Assembly (NCBI GenBank): GCA_963705375.1
Contig: OY970071.1
Coordinates: 1-32,000, forward strand
Length of the DNA stretch: 32,000 bases
Source: Candidatus Saccharimonadota bacterium
Lineage (GTDB): Archaea > Micrarchaeota > Micrarchaeia > Micrarchaeales > Micrarchaeaceae
Reading direction: 5' to 3'
The notes beneath the pieces are model-generated. The model was not told where the DNA came from and ran no database searches. It was given only the letters and a program-made list of their open reading frames with translations. Of this stretch, positions 1-12,752 are shown piece by piece; within the stretch, counting starts at the first letter, position 1; each line of letters starts with the position of its first letter. The position numbers and the translations under genes were made by a program.

Positions 1-8
1 TTGTCATT

Positions 9-611
9 TCAGTGCCCTGGCAAGGTCAGGTTGGACAGTAATTGGTACGCACGCAGCGCATCATACCTGTTCACCACAAAAATTGTTTCTGTGTAGCACG
101 AGATAAACTCGATTACGTTTATGCTCTCCTCTGCAAGGACGGATGCCATGAACGCCACAACTCCTGATACTTCTTCAACGTCCTCTCCAGAATAAACTAT
201 GATCGCGGAGCAGTTGTTTTCGACCTTTATGACGTGCTTTTTCTGTTGTCTTGTCATGGCCTTGATTGCGTTCTTCTCAGTCAGATACACATAATATGCA
301 TCAGTCTTTACTTCTGCATTGTTTTCTATCCCTAGCCTCTGGTCTGCGATTATTACGCGTATGCCGTCCAGCAGCGTAACGCGGTTTTCCGCCAGTACGG
401 ATAGCGCTTTCTCCTCCATGTCCCAGTCTGCTTTTCTTAGGCTTTCGGCATACCTTATCAGTGCGATTTTCACAGCGTTCTGGCTTTTTATTCTGAGATC
501 GCTCTGTATGTGCCTTGCAAGCGCGCTGAAGTTTACAATGCCTTTTCTGAGCGCCTCGTGCATGTATGGCTTCATCTTAAGGTACATCCTCACTGTGTCA
601 GAAATGCTCAA
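9..611 (-). CDS. Conserved archaeal protein, probable small-molecule-binding regulator with a C-terminal ACT-like domain
   Basis: 200-aa ORF filling the window edge. The N-terminal part (KGIVNFSALARHI) looks helix-turn-helix-like. The C-terminal part (CSAIIVYSGEDVEEVSGVVAFMASVLAEESINVIEFIS) resembles an ACT fold. The family assignment is from memory only. Confidence 0.45.
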   Translation of the reverse strand: MSISDTVRMYLKMKPYMHEALRKGIVNFSALARHIQSDLRIKSQNAVKIALIRYAESLRKADWDMEEKALSVLAENRVTLLDGIRVIIADQRLGIENNAEVKTDAYYVYLTEKNAIKAMTRQQKKHVIKVENNCSAIIVYSGEDVEEVSGVVAFMASVLAEESINVIEFISCYTETIFVVNRYDALRAYQLLSNLTLPGH

Positions 612-840
612 GCGATCACGTTATGTTTGTTATACTGTGTGTCTATCTAACAACACCACGCCATAAATATATATGCGTGGTGTTGTCCGTTAGAATATTT
701 CGCGTGCCGAACAATAAGTGCCGTGATGCTCTCACACGTATGCCTCTCCAGTGCCTTTTTAACGACGCAAATACGCACGTGCAACGTGTCAAAACCTATA
801 TATATCTAAGAATGCCAAAGTTGTGTTGCACGGTGGTTTG

Positions 841-1740
841 ATGGATGTACAAAAAGACGCTGACGTCAAAAAAGAGGACCATGCTGGTACTCGTTTTGTG
901 GCTGTTCGCGAAGTCGTAGATACGACTGTAAATGTGGGTGCCCTGGCCATCAAAGAGCTAACGGGTCTGACTATAGGTCTGCCATCTGACATTCACATTT
1001 TTTATGATCTGACTTCTGTCAAAGGCATTTTCGACGAATATGAACCGTCAAGAATAAGCATAAACGGGCGCCGTGCCACAAACAATGATCCTGCAGCAAT
1101 ACTGAATGTGCTCTATCGTTATTTTAGGGCCAACCGGATGTTTGCAGAAGAGCTGGCAAGCAAAGCGCCTCCAGCAGTATTGCAGTATGACCTAGATCCT
1201 TACTTGTTTCTTGAGATATCCGCAGCGGACTTTTTTGCGCACGTAGTTTCCAAAGAAGTCGTGCATCCTGGAGACAATGACAAGCATACGCGGCTCTATG
1301 ATCTGCTTGACTGGTCTGTTAGTGAGGTCCGTACGTTAAGGGATATTTATAATAAATTCGTAAACGCGCCAGAAATCCGGCAAACTGACGGAGCACTCTT
1401 GCGTGGTGCCTCTGAAAGTCTAGACACATATATCTACGACTATATCATCGGCGAACAGAATCACTTCGAGACTACAAGGCCTTATGGTAGTTATGCCGAG
1501 AATCAGATGTATCTCCTTGGAAAGGAGATCTTCGCGCTTATGTATCTTGCATACGATTTTGATGAAGCGCGAGTAGTGCGTGAACACTTCATGTCCACAA
1601 ACAGCGATATGCTCGCGCACCTGGTCGAAACCATAAAGGACGACGCACACAAAAATCAGATAAGTCAAGAATTGGTGGACTTTGAAGAAATTGTGAAAGA
1701 TAGGACGAGCATCAGGTATGGTGTTCGATACGAGACTTGA
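841..1740 (+). CDS. Hypothetical protein (orphan)
   Basis: The long ORF runs 823-1740. The ATG at 841 is preferred because a TATA-like tract (cctatatatatctaag, about 795-812) lies just upstream. No motif recognised. Confidence 0.55.
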   Translation: MDVQKDADVKKEDHAGTRFVAVREVVDTTVNVGALAIKELTGLTIGLPSDIHIFYDLTSVKGIFDEYEPSRISINGRRATNNDPAAILNVLYRYFRANRMFAEELASKAPPAVLQYDLDPYLFLEISAADFFAHVVSKEVVHPGDNDKHTRLYDLLDWSVSEVRTLRDIYNKFVNAPEIRQTDGALLRGASESLDTYIYDYIIGEQNHFETTRPYGSYAENQMYLLGKEIFALMYLAYDFDEARVVREHFMSTNSDMLAHLVETIKDDAHKNQISQELVDFEEIVKDRTSIRYGVRYET

Positions 1741-1785
1741 AACATCTCAGTATTCGAAGGGTCTTGCCTAGCATCGGTTGTCTTA

Positions 1786-1983
1786 TTACATTAGTGCGGA
1801 AACAAGTCTTCTGAACTCGTCGTTCGTGAGTTCAAGCGCCCTTTTATTTGTCAATGCTGCTGGAAGAGTGCCCGGTGAGTTATTTAGTATTGGGCCTTCG
1901 GACGAGACGTTCACATTCTTCTGCAAATAAGAGTATCCTCCTTTGTTACGTAAAGAATGTTCCGAGGCTACTGCTCCGTCCAG
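1786..1983 (-). pseudogene. Relic of a KsgA/RsmA C-terminal region (no start codon, about 65 codons)
   Basis: The minus-strand frame reads ...SEGPILNNSPGTLPAALTNKRALELTNDEFRRLVSALM*. The block LPAALTNKRALELTNDEFRRLVSAL matches the C-terminus of the intact KsgA at 4494 (LPESLADKKAIALTNEEFRRLVAAL) at 16 of 25 positions by eye, and SEGPIL matches DEGPEL. It is on the same strand as ksgA. There is no ATG and an in-frame stop lies at 1984-1986. Confidence 0.5.
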
Positions 1984-2083
1984 TCAATATAGAAAATAGT
2001 ATGCCTGTGCAGATTCTAGCCTCTTCTGCTCTGGCATGACTCCGTTTAGCCTCAAACGCTTAAACCAACTGTTTGTCTATGAT

Positions 2084-2845
2084 TTATGGACCGTGGCCAT
2101 AGGCTTTCAAGTCATTCAGGGCCTTTGTATACCTTCCAGTTTCTCTAAACGCCTGAAGTGCCTCTCTCACGGCTGCCGATACTGGGTTTTGCTCAGGGTC
2201 ATTCGAAAGAGCATATAGGAGCCTGGCTCCTTCTCTGTATTCGCGTGATTGGTGTTGTCGTGTCATTATATCCGAAATGAGGAAAGCGAAATATTCGGTC
2301 ACAGGATGCAACGCATCTCTCAGGGTTCTTTCTTCTAATCGTTGAAGCGCCGCTTCCGTTGTTTGTGGCCCGTTCCTTTCTGCCGCTCTTTCGGCCATAT
2401 AATGTTCTTCAAGCATTTTATCTATCATCTGGACACCCACGCCCCCTTTGCTGCCTATCAAGGCCAATGGGCTTGCTGCTCTCCAGCCTTTTGTAGTGTC
2501 TGAGCCATATATCCTCCATACGTCACTACCAGCATTCTGAATGCTATCTGCGAAGTCTTTAACGTCTTGACTTCGTGCACCTCTCCCAAGGAACTTTTCG
2601 GCTATTTCTAGTCTTTCCGTGTTACCTTGTTCCGTTTCATTGCTTGCGGTTTGTTTTGGACTCATCGCCATATATCCCTTACTTGCAGTGGCTATAATTT
2701 CATTCGAGCGTCTCGAGTACTCTTTACCCGTAGAACTTGTCCGTGTCGGCTCTATCGACACAGGTTGTGAAGGTCCCGTTGCTTTTATTTGTTCTAATAT
2801 CGCAGCAACAGCCGGGTTTTCTGCTTGTTCTTGTTTATTATGCAT
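2084..2845 (-). CDS. Hypothetical protein (orphan)
   Basis: 253-aa ORF with an ATG start at 2845. It is divergent from the ankyrin gene across an AT-rich 170-bp spacer. The N-terminal part is low-complexity and the C-terminal part is helical. No motif recognised. Confidence 0.55.
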   Translation of the reverse strand: MHNKQEQAENPAVAAILEQIKATGPSQPVSIEPTRTSSTGKEYSRRSNEIIATASKGYMAMSPKQTASNETEQGNTERLEIAEKFLGRGARSQDVKDFADSIQNAGSDVWRIYGSDTTKGWRAASPLALIGSKGGVGVQMIDKMLEEHYMAERAAERNGPQTTEAALQRLEERTLRDALHPVTEYFAFLISDIMTRQHQSREYREGARLLYALSNDPEQNPVSAAVREALQAFRETGRYTKALNDLKAYGHGP

Positions 2846-3015
2846 CGATCCACCTTATATTCATTTATTTCCAGATATATTTATTTTGGATATACTTATA
2901 TACTTGTGCCTCGTTGGACGCCTAACGGATACTAGATACACGCTTTTAACCTTTCAAAACCTAGTTATGCTGGATAATTAAAGTGCCAAGGCGTATATCC
3001 TCAAATGGTGAAATT

Positions 3016-3816
3016 ATGATGCAATCGAGATCTGAGCTTGAAACTGACCGGGCAGAGACCAACACAAATAACAATGTAGGCATCAAAGACATACATCTCA
3101 GAACAGAAACTATCGGAGATATTGGCGTCAAAGACGTCATGGGCGAGAATAAACTTGCTGGTCAAACCAAGATCACTTACATCAAGGCCACTCTGAGGAC
3201 AGACGTTAGTGAAGCCAAAGCTGAAAAGCTTGGGCTAAAGCTAATCGAAGAAGTAACGAGGTCCGATGCTAGTGTTGATGTGGTCTGCAATCTGATAAGT
3301 CGTGGTGCCGATGTCAATACTAGGGGTTGCTTCAGACGAACCGCACTAATGAAAGCATCATTGGCTGGACGCTTAGATGTTGTTGATGTGCTGCTGCGTG
3401 CCGGAGCAAAGGCGAATGACGCTGACTTGCTTGGCCGGACTGCGCTGATATTTGCGGCATCGGCCGGACGTGCTGCTGTGGTCGAGTTGCTCGTAAGCAA
3501 CGAATATGACAAGGCGAAAATGGATGCAAAGGACAAACTTGGGTGGGCTGCGCTAACAGAAGCCGCGGTGCGCGGGCACACTACAGTCGTAGAGGTATTT
3601 ATAAGGTATTACGCACCTATAGACCAACCTGGCAATCACTATATGACTGCGTTAATGGAGGCTGCATCAAGAGGGTACGTCGATATTGTCGAAATGCTGC
3701 TGCATGCTAACGCAGACACAAGTGCAAGATCTGGCAACGGATGGACTGCAGAACTGTGGGCTTCTAACAGCGGTTACCCAAACATTGCTAAAGTGATAAA
3801 GGCGCACAGCAAATAA
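3016..3816 (+). CDS. Ankyrin-repeat protein (about 5 repeats)
   Basis: Repeated ankyrin consensus: GADVNTRGCFRRTALMKASLAGRLDVVDVLLRAGAKANDADLLGRTALIFAASAGRAAVVELLV, then GWAALTEAAVRGHTTVVEVFI, then MTALMEAASRGYVDIVEMLLHANAD. The ORF track starts at GTG 2983, but ATG 3016 is more likely. Confidence 0.85.
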   Translation: MMQSRSELETDRAETNTNNNVGIKDIHLRTETIGDIGVKDVMGENKLAGQTKITYIKATLRTDVSEAKAEKLGLKLIEEVTRSDASVDVVCNLISRGADVNTRGCFRRTALMKASLAGRLDVVDVLLRAGAKANDADLLGRTALIFAASAGRAAVVELLVSNEYDKAKMDAKDKLGWAALTEAAVRGHTTVVEVFIRYYAPIDQPGNHYMTALMEAASRGYVDIVEMLLHANADTSARSGNGWTAELWASNSGYPNIAKVIKAHSK

Positions 3817-4015
3817 TACAAAGCAATCAAGAGTTTAATTTATTCAGGATCTAGTGCGGGTTTTGCTATCCTATGGCATGGTCCTAGCTTTTTAATGCCT
3901 TACGGGCCTGTGAAATCCCTTGCGTTTACGCATGAGGATGAAACAGGCACAGAATATTATCCCTATTTCTCGATTTGTCTCCAACGCGGCCGTTAGGCCG
4001 CGGAGACCTGAGAAC

Positions 4016-4462
4016 ATGGATAGTGTAAACTATGAAAATAAGAACCTTGTGCACAACGCGCACTCCGTGGGTGCGAACGAATATCATCTGCAATGGGTAA
4101 CAAAATACAGATATGCGACCCTTGAAAAAGAGTCGCACTGGAAGGATTGCGATGCGGCAATCCGTTCTGCGGCAGAAAAATATAAAATCAAAATCGTAGA
4201 ATTGGGCGTAATGGAAGACCATGTTCACGTAGTTGCGGAAATTCCTCCCGAGATGTCTGTTTCTCGTGCGATAGGACTTCTGAAAGGTTCAAGTTCCTAT
4301 GAACTCTTCAGAAAACACCCGAATTTTAGGAAGACATATTGGAACGGCCATTTCTGGGGCAGGGGTTATTTTTACAGAACAGTAAGTGAGGTGACCGAAG
4401 AAACTATCAGAAATTACGTGCGCAGAGACAACAATATGCGTCAGAAGCGACTATGTGCTTGA
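4016..4462 (+). CDS. tnpA: IS200/IS605 family transposase TnpA (Y1 HUH)
   Basis: It carries YHLQWVTKYRY, the HUH motif EDHVHVVAEIP, LLKGSSSYELF, W..HFWGRGYFYRTV, and a C-terminal catalytic Tyr context (ETIRNYVRRDN). At 148 aa from ATG 4016 it has the typical size. The TTG 3920 extension in the ORF track is unlikely. Confidence 0.85.
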   Translation: MDSVNYENKNLVHNAHSVGANEYHLQWVTKYRYATLEKESHWKDCDAAIRSAAEKYKIKIVELGVMEDHVHVVAEIPPEMSVSRAIGLLKGSSSYELFRKHPNFRKTYWNGHFWGRGYFYRTVSEVTEETIRNYVRRDNNMRQKRLCA

Positions 4463-4469
4463 AGTAAAT

Positions 4470-4489
4470 CCCACACCTTTAGGTGTGGG
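4470..4489. other. Perfect 8-bp hairpin (cccacacc-ttta-ggtgtggg) between convergent tnpA and ksgA
   Basis: Read directly from the sequence. It lies 8 nt after the tnpA stop and 5 nt before the ksgA stop codon. It is either the IS right-end TnpA-binding hairpin, a bidirectional terminator, or both. Confidence 0.6.
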
Positions 4490-4493
4490 TAGT

Positions 4494-5324
4494 TTAAGAT
4501 ATCAACGCCGCCACCAGACGTCTAAACTCCTCGTTTGTCAGTGCGATAGCTTTTTTGTCTGCAAGTGATTCTGGAAGACTTTCAAGTATCTCTGTCACGA
4601 CCTTTGCTGCCTCTTTTTTTGTAAGTCCCTTTCCTAGCAGCTCCGGGCCCTCATCCCACAGCGTGTGCAGCATCGAGTTCCTTACCTTCTGCTCATCATG
4701 TATGAACAGGTTCTGCAGCAACCTTTGCGTTCTCTTGGATTCTGGTGCTGCCGTGCCTCTAGGTTTTATGCTCACGCACACAGAGGTGACTCTTGGCTGA
4801 GGATCAAAGCATTCCTTTTCGGCCTGCGCAAATTCATCGACATCGTAGAATGCCATAAACAATGCAGATATCATTCCAAAATCACTGGAGTCTGGAGTGG
4901 CGACCATCTTCTTTGCAAAGCCGTAAGGCACTATCATGACTGCTTGCTCGAAGTTCTGCCTTCCTTCTTTTATGAGCCTTACAAAGAATTGCTGAAGTAT
5001 CGAAAAAGGCATGTTCGAAACGATTTTGTTGAACTTAGGGAGCTCTATCTTCAGCACGTCGCCCGCTATTATCGAAATATTCCTGTTTTGCCTGAACTTT
5101 TCTTCCAAGTCTGGCAGAAGCTCCATGTCTTTCTCTACGACAAATATGCTGCTGTGGTGTTTTGCCAGTTCCTCTGTCACGTTGCCGGATCCTGCGCCCA
5201 CCTCCAAAACAACATCGCTGCTCATGATGTTCGCTTTTTTCACGATCAAGCGAATTATATCTTTGTCAACCAGCATGTGCTGGTCTTCTTTTACTGCGTT
5301 CTGGAACATATCTGTCTTGGTCAC
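4494..5324 (-). CDS. rsmA: 16S/18S rRNA (adenine-N6,N6)-dimethyltransferase KsgA/RsmA/Dim1
   Basis: QHMLVDKDII corresponds to the QNFL motif. The SAM-binding motif is VLEVGAGSGNVTEEL. It also has VVEKD, NMPFSI, and a C-terminal helical domain ending LTNEEFRRLVAAL. Confidence 0.85.
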   Translation of the reverse strand: MTKTDMFQNAVKEDQHMLVDKDIIRLIVKKANIMSSDVVLEVGAGSGNVTEELAKHHSSIFVVEKDMELLPDLEEKFRQNRNISIIAGDVLKIELPKFNKIVSNMPFSILQQFFVRLIKEGRQNFEQAVMIVPYGFAKKMVATPDSSDFGMISALFMAFYDVDEFAQAEKECFDPQPRVTSVCVSIKPRGTAAPESKRTQRLLQNLFIHDEQKVRNSMLHTLWDEGPELLGKGLTKKEAAKVVTEILESLPESLADKKAIALTNEEFRRLVAALIS

Positions 5325-5414
5325 TTTCTACACCGAATAAATGTCAATGTCTCTAGGCTTCAGAATGGCTGAAAAAGGAGGTATTGAATGCTGGCAGGAA
5401 TAGTGTATGTTGTT

Positions 5415-8988
<3,574 letters not shown>

Positions 8989-10812
8989 TCACTCACTTTT
9001 CAGCTTTATCCTTGGCAGTATGTGCATCGTCTTTATCTCGTCAAGCAGCAGCTTGAACGCATAGCTTATCTCAATCATCTTGAGGTCGTGGCTTCCGCAC
9101 GTCAGGCATATCGGCGTGTTCTTGATGTAGTCGAAGTAGCCTATGTCTCCGCACTGGCCGCACACCCAAAGTTCCGCTTTGTCGCTCTGGTCGAGCATAC
9201 GCTCCTTAAGTAGCAGGCTTGCGCCGTGTCCGACTAGTGCATCTCTTTCCATTTCTCCGAACCTGAGGCCTCCCCTTCTGGGCTTGCCTTCGGTCGGCTG
9301 GTGCGTCAGTATCTGGACAGGTCCCCTGCTTCTTACCTGCAGCTTCAACGCGGTCATGTGCCAAAGCCTGCTGTAGTAAACGACACCTGTGAATATGTTA
9401 GCATCAAAACGCTTTCCTGTCCTGCCGTCATAAAGGACCTCATTGCCGAATCTGTCGAAGCCATGGTGCTGCAGTATCTCTCCGTACTGGTCCACGAGCT
9501 CCTTTCCTTTCGATGAGAATGCGGTGCCGTCAAGCTCGCAAGCTCCGAATGAGCCTGCCTTTGCCCCAAGCATCTCCAGGAGGTGGCCGAACGTCATTCT
9601 GCTCGGTATGCCGTGCGGGTTAAGAAGCAGGTCCGGGACTATTCCATCCTTTGAGAACGGCATCTCCTGAGGGTCCACTATCAATGCGAGCACTCCTTTC
9701 TGTCCTTGTGTGCTTGCAAATTTGTCTCCTACCTCAGGTACCCTTATGCTCCTTATCCTGACTTTTGCGATCTTTGTAGCTCCAGTGGTCTCGCTTATCA
9801 TGACGCTGTCCACTGTGCCTTCCTCTCCTGCTCTTAACGTGACCGAATTGTCTCTGCGTTTCTCTTCTGCTATTCCAAAGCTTGTCTGCTCCTCAAGGAA
9901 CCTTGGCGGCGATACCTTTCCTATCAGGACATCGCCTTCCTCTATCGGGAGCTCTTCTTCGATTATTCCATCTTCGCTCAGCTTGGCATAAGCGTGCTCT
10001 CCAAGGTAGCCGTCCATAGTGGGCGTTGGTACTGCGAACTTGTCCCTCTGTGTTCCGGGATACCTGCGCTCCTCGTCAGTGTATGTCCTGAAGAAGACGC
10101 TCCTTCCTAACCCCCTGTCTACCGCTGCTTTATTAAGTATAATTGCATCTTTCATGTTGTATCCATAATATGTGCTCATGGCCACTATGAAGTTCTGGCC
10201 TGATGCGTGCCTTTCCATCTTCAGCGTCCTGTATGCCGAAGTGCTCACTATCGGCTTCTGCGGGTAGTAGAGCACAAAAGCCCTTGGGTCATACCTCTTG
10301 TTGAAGTTTATCGCATAAAGGCCTTGGCTCTGCTTCATGAAGTTGTTTGCCGATGGGTGCCTTCCTATCTGGTCGTACTCTGGGAACGACCTTATGTTCG
10401 CGGTGAGCCCGAGCATCGAGATCGCATCAACATCAAGGTGCGTCGTGCCTGATCCTATGTCCTTCTCGTAAAGCGCAACGTTTATGTTCTCTTCTTCGCT
10501 TGCGTCAAGGTATTCTATGATGCCGCGCCTTATCAGGTAGTTGAAGTCTATCTCCTTCTTCTTCAGCTTTTCCAGGATGTCTGGCGTGAGCTTGCTCGCG
10601 CCGTTCTCGACTATGATGTAAGGCCTGCGAACTCTTCCTCTGTCTGCGTTAACGTTGACTTCGTTGAACTTCTTGACGTAAGAGACGTTTACCTCTCCGG
10701 ATATCGCGCCGCTGCGCCTTGCCTTCCTTATCTCGCTCGCGAACTCGGTGCCGTCCTTGACGTAGCCTATCTGCCTTCCGTCAAGATAAACGATACACTT
10801 CTTCTCTTCCAT
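8989..10812 (-). CDS. rpoB1: DNA-directed RNA polymerase subunit B' (C-terminal half of split B)
   Basis: It carries GDKFASTQGQKGV, PDLLLNPHGIPSRMTFGHLLE, RFGEMERDAL, and a C-terminal zinc ribbon (CGQCGD...CLTCG). Its stop abuts the rpoA1 start. Confidence 0.97.
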   Translation of the reverse strand: MEEKKCIVYLDGRQIGYVKDGTEFASEIRKARRSGAISGEVNVSYVKKFNEVNVNADRGRVRRPYIIVENGASKLTPDILEKLKKKEIDFNYLIRRGIIEYLDASEEENINVALYEKDIGSGTTHLDVDAISMLGLTANIRSFPEYDQIGRHPSANNFMKQSQGLYAINFNKRYDPRAFVLYYPQKPIVSTSAYRTLKMERHASGQNFIVAMSTYYGYNMKDAIILNKAAVDRGLGRSVFFRTYTDEERRYPGTQRDKFAVPTPTMDGYLGEHAYAKLSEDGIIEEELPIEEGDVLIGKVSPPRFLEEQTSFGIAEEKRRDNSVTLRAGEEGTVDSVMISETTGATKIAKVRIRSIRVPEVGDKFASTQGQKGVLALIVDPQEMPFSKDGIVPDLLLNPHGIPSRMTFGHLLEMLGAKAGSFGACELDGTAFSSKGKELVDQYGEILQHHGFDRFGNEVLYDGRTGKRFDANIFTGVVYYSRLWHMTALKLQVRSRGPVQILTHQPTEGKPRRGGLRFGEMERDALVGHGASLLLKERMLDQSDKAELWVCGQCGDIGYFDYIKNTPICLTCGSHDLKMIEISYAFKLLLDEIKTMHILPRIKLKSE

Positions 10813-10818
10813 GAATAT

Positions 10819-12291
10819 TCACTTTTCCTTCTCTAGGCTCTTGAACTCCCTGAGCTTGCCCTCAAGCGCTGACTGCTCTGCGCCGACAGTGACCCTTGCC
10901 ATTATCGCCAAGTACTTTGTCAGGCCAACGTCTGTGCCTTCTGGCGTTTCGCTTGGGCATATCTTGCCTATGTGGGTTCCGTGCACGTCTCTGGCTTTGA
11001 AGTGCGGATGCTTCTTTGACAGCGGCGACTTTATCCTGCGCAGGTGTGACAGAGAGCTGGTGAAATTGACCCTATCAAGGACCTGCGACACGCCGGTCTG
11101 GCCTGCAGGCCACGAGCCTGTCCCCATAGCGTATAGCAATTTTTCAGTAAGCGTGTCAGGGTTTATGTTTGTCCTTACGGTTAGGCGCCTGCCTCTTGCG
11201 GTCGTCCTTTCAACATGATATTTGATATCTCTCACGAAGAACTTCATCGCGTTGTTGAAGAGTTCCTCCATCAGGTCTCCGGCAAGCTTGACGCGCTTGT
11301 TTGCGTAATGGTCCTTGTCATCCGACTTTACGCGCTTGAACGCCACCAGCGAAGCGCGCTCCAGCATGCGAAGCAGGTAGTGGCCCTTCTCTTTTCGCGT
11401 CTTTGCGTCAGTGCCGAGGTGCGGCAGTATGTAAGTGTCAAGCTGCATCTCTGCCCTCTTGTGCTGGTACTCTTTCGTTTGGTTCGGTGCAGCCTGCTTG
11501 CCCAACTGCATCAGCGCCTCGCTAAGATCCATTTCCTTTGCCGCGCTCATCTCTATGTTAAGCAGCATGTCGTTCTTCGCTTCTGTGTATGCAATCCCGT
11601 CGATCATTTCCTTTGTGGTGAAACCCAATGCCCTGAGAACAAGAACAACGTCAAGCCCCTTTGCTATTGTCGGGAACAGCAATGTGCATATTCCGTATTC
11701 GTCGCGCGTTATGCTGCACCTCGCTCTGAAGTTTAGCGTTGTGGAGAACACCTTGCTGACCACGCCTTTGCCCTTCTCTACCGTGGTCATTATCCTGTTC
11801 GCGGCGAGGTCCTCTATACCTACTAGCACTCGTTCAGTGCCCTTTATTATGAAATAGCCTCCAGGGTCATCAGGGTCTTCGCCCTCGTTCACCAGCTGTT
11901 CTTTTGACATGTTATTGGTGTAGCACAAAGAGCTCTTCACCATGATCGGCAGCTCTCCGACGAACGCCTCGCCGACAGCATCCCTCTTCTCTATGTCGCT
12001 GACGATAGGGACGAAGCTTATGTACATCGGCGCGGCGTATGTAAGGTTCCTCGCTATGGCCTCGTTCGGCATTATCTTCCTGCTTGAGCTGTCCGCCTCT
12101 ATGACTATCGGTTGCTCGAGCCTTATGCCCGTGAACTTTATCTTGAAGTTGCTCACTTCAGGCTCTATCAGGCTATTGCTCTCTATTATGTTCTGTATCC
12201 CTGAGCGTATGAACCTATTGTAGCTCTCTATCTGCTGCTGTACGATAGAGGTACTGTTCAAGTAAGACTCTAGGAGTGTATGATCTTGCAT
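10819..12291 (-). CDS. rpoB2: DNA-directed RNA polymerase subunit B'' (N-terminal half of split B)
   Basis: It carries QQQIESYNRFI, GGYFIIKGTERVLV, RRIKSPLSKKHPHFKARDVHGTHIGKICPSETPEG. Confidence 0.95.
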   Translation of the reverse strand: MQDHTLLESYLNSTSIVQQQIESYNRFIRSGIQNIIESNSLIEPEVSNFKIKFTGIRLEQPIVIEADSSSRKIMPNEAIARNLTYAAPMYISFVPIVSDIEKRDAVGEAFVGELPIMVKSSLCYTNNMSKEQLVNEGEDPDDPGGYFIIKGTERVLVGIEDLAANRIMTTVEKGKGVVSKVFSTTLNFRARCSITRDEYGICTLLFPTIAKGLDVVLVLRALGFTTKEMIDGIAYTEAKNDMLLNIEMSAAKEMDLSEALMQLGKQAAPNQTKEYQHKRAEMQLDTYILPHLGTDAKTRKEKGHYLLRMLERASLVAFKRVKSDDKDHYANKRVKLAGDLMEELFNNAMKFFVRDIKYHVERTTARGRRLTVRTNINPDTLTEKLLYAMGTGSWPAGQTGVSQVLDRVNFTSSLSHLRRIKSPLSKKHPHFKARDVHGTHIGKICPSETPEGTDVGLTKYLAIMARVTVGAEQSALEGKLREFKSLEKEK

Positions 12292-12531
12292 TCAACCAGG
12301 TACAACTATTCTGTAATAAGTGTAATCTCCAGTCGGGTCGCGCCTTGATATCGCAATCATGTTGCCCGGCTTTGCATTCAGAAGCTTGGCTTGGACGTCG
12401 CTTGCAGATATCTTTGGGAATTTCTCTATTGGAGTATTGAGCTTCTTCACGACTGCCTTGGCGGCGCTGTCGCTAAGCAATTCATGTTTTGGAATTAGTT
12501 TGAGAGGCTCCAAACCGTCACCAACAGGCAA
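12292..12531 (-). CDS. rpoH: DNA-directed RNA polymerase subunit H (Rpb5-like)
   Basis: It carries HELLSD...KFPKISASDVQAK...PGNMIAISRRDPTGDYTYYRIVV. The only possible start in frame is TTG at 12531, because an in-frame stop lies at 12544-12546. Its stop abuts the rpoB2 start. Confidence 0.85.
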   Translation of the reverse strand: MPVGDGLEPLKLIPKHELLSDSAAKAVVKKLNTPIEKFPKISASDVQAKLLNAKPGNMIAISRRDPTGDYTYYRIVVPG

Positions 12532-12752
12532 GGATGGATTATACTAGCTACAGCAGCTAGTCTGACGTTCTTTATGATTTATTGGCAAAAGATTAAAAGC
12601 TTAATCCTTTTTATGTGTAGTTGTATACAAGGCCCCCTACTGTACGCTGCACACTATGCCTTAATGTTTCAACTGGATGCTTGAAAATAAACCAACTACA
12701 AAACAAGAAAAAGTATATGTATCTGGACACTTATATTGTTTTCGGTAATTTC

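Larger units (their letters stand above)
3910..4493 (+). mobile_element. IS200/IS605-family element carrying tnpA only (boundaries approximate)
   Basis: A Y1/HUH transposase gene is flanked by two sub-terminal hairpins that share the layout AAATCCC-N5-TTTA-N5'. The left one is 3913-3933 (aaatccc ttgcg ttta cgcat). The right one is 4466-4489 (aaatccc acacc ttta ggtgt ggg). An extra perfect hairpin, cgcggcc-gtta-ggccgcg, lies at 3985-4002 just upstream of the ATG. No tnpB is present. Confidence 0.55.

Noticed and set aside
3920-4015. TTG-initiated 32-codon N-terminal extension of tnpA, and the GTG 2983 extension of the ankyrin gene
   Set aside because: The tnpA extension would translate through the left-end hairpins and give an atypically long TnpA. 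Internal ATGs give products of canonical length in both genes.
4665-5372. 235-aa plus-strand ORF overlapping ksgA
   Set aside because: It is antisense to a gene with clear SAM-methyltransferase motifs and has no motifs of its own.
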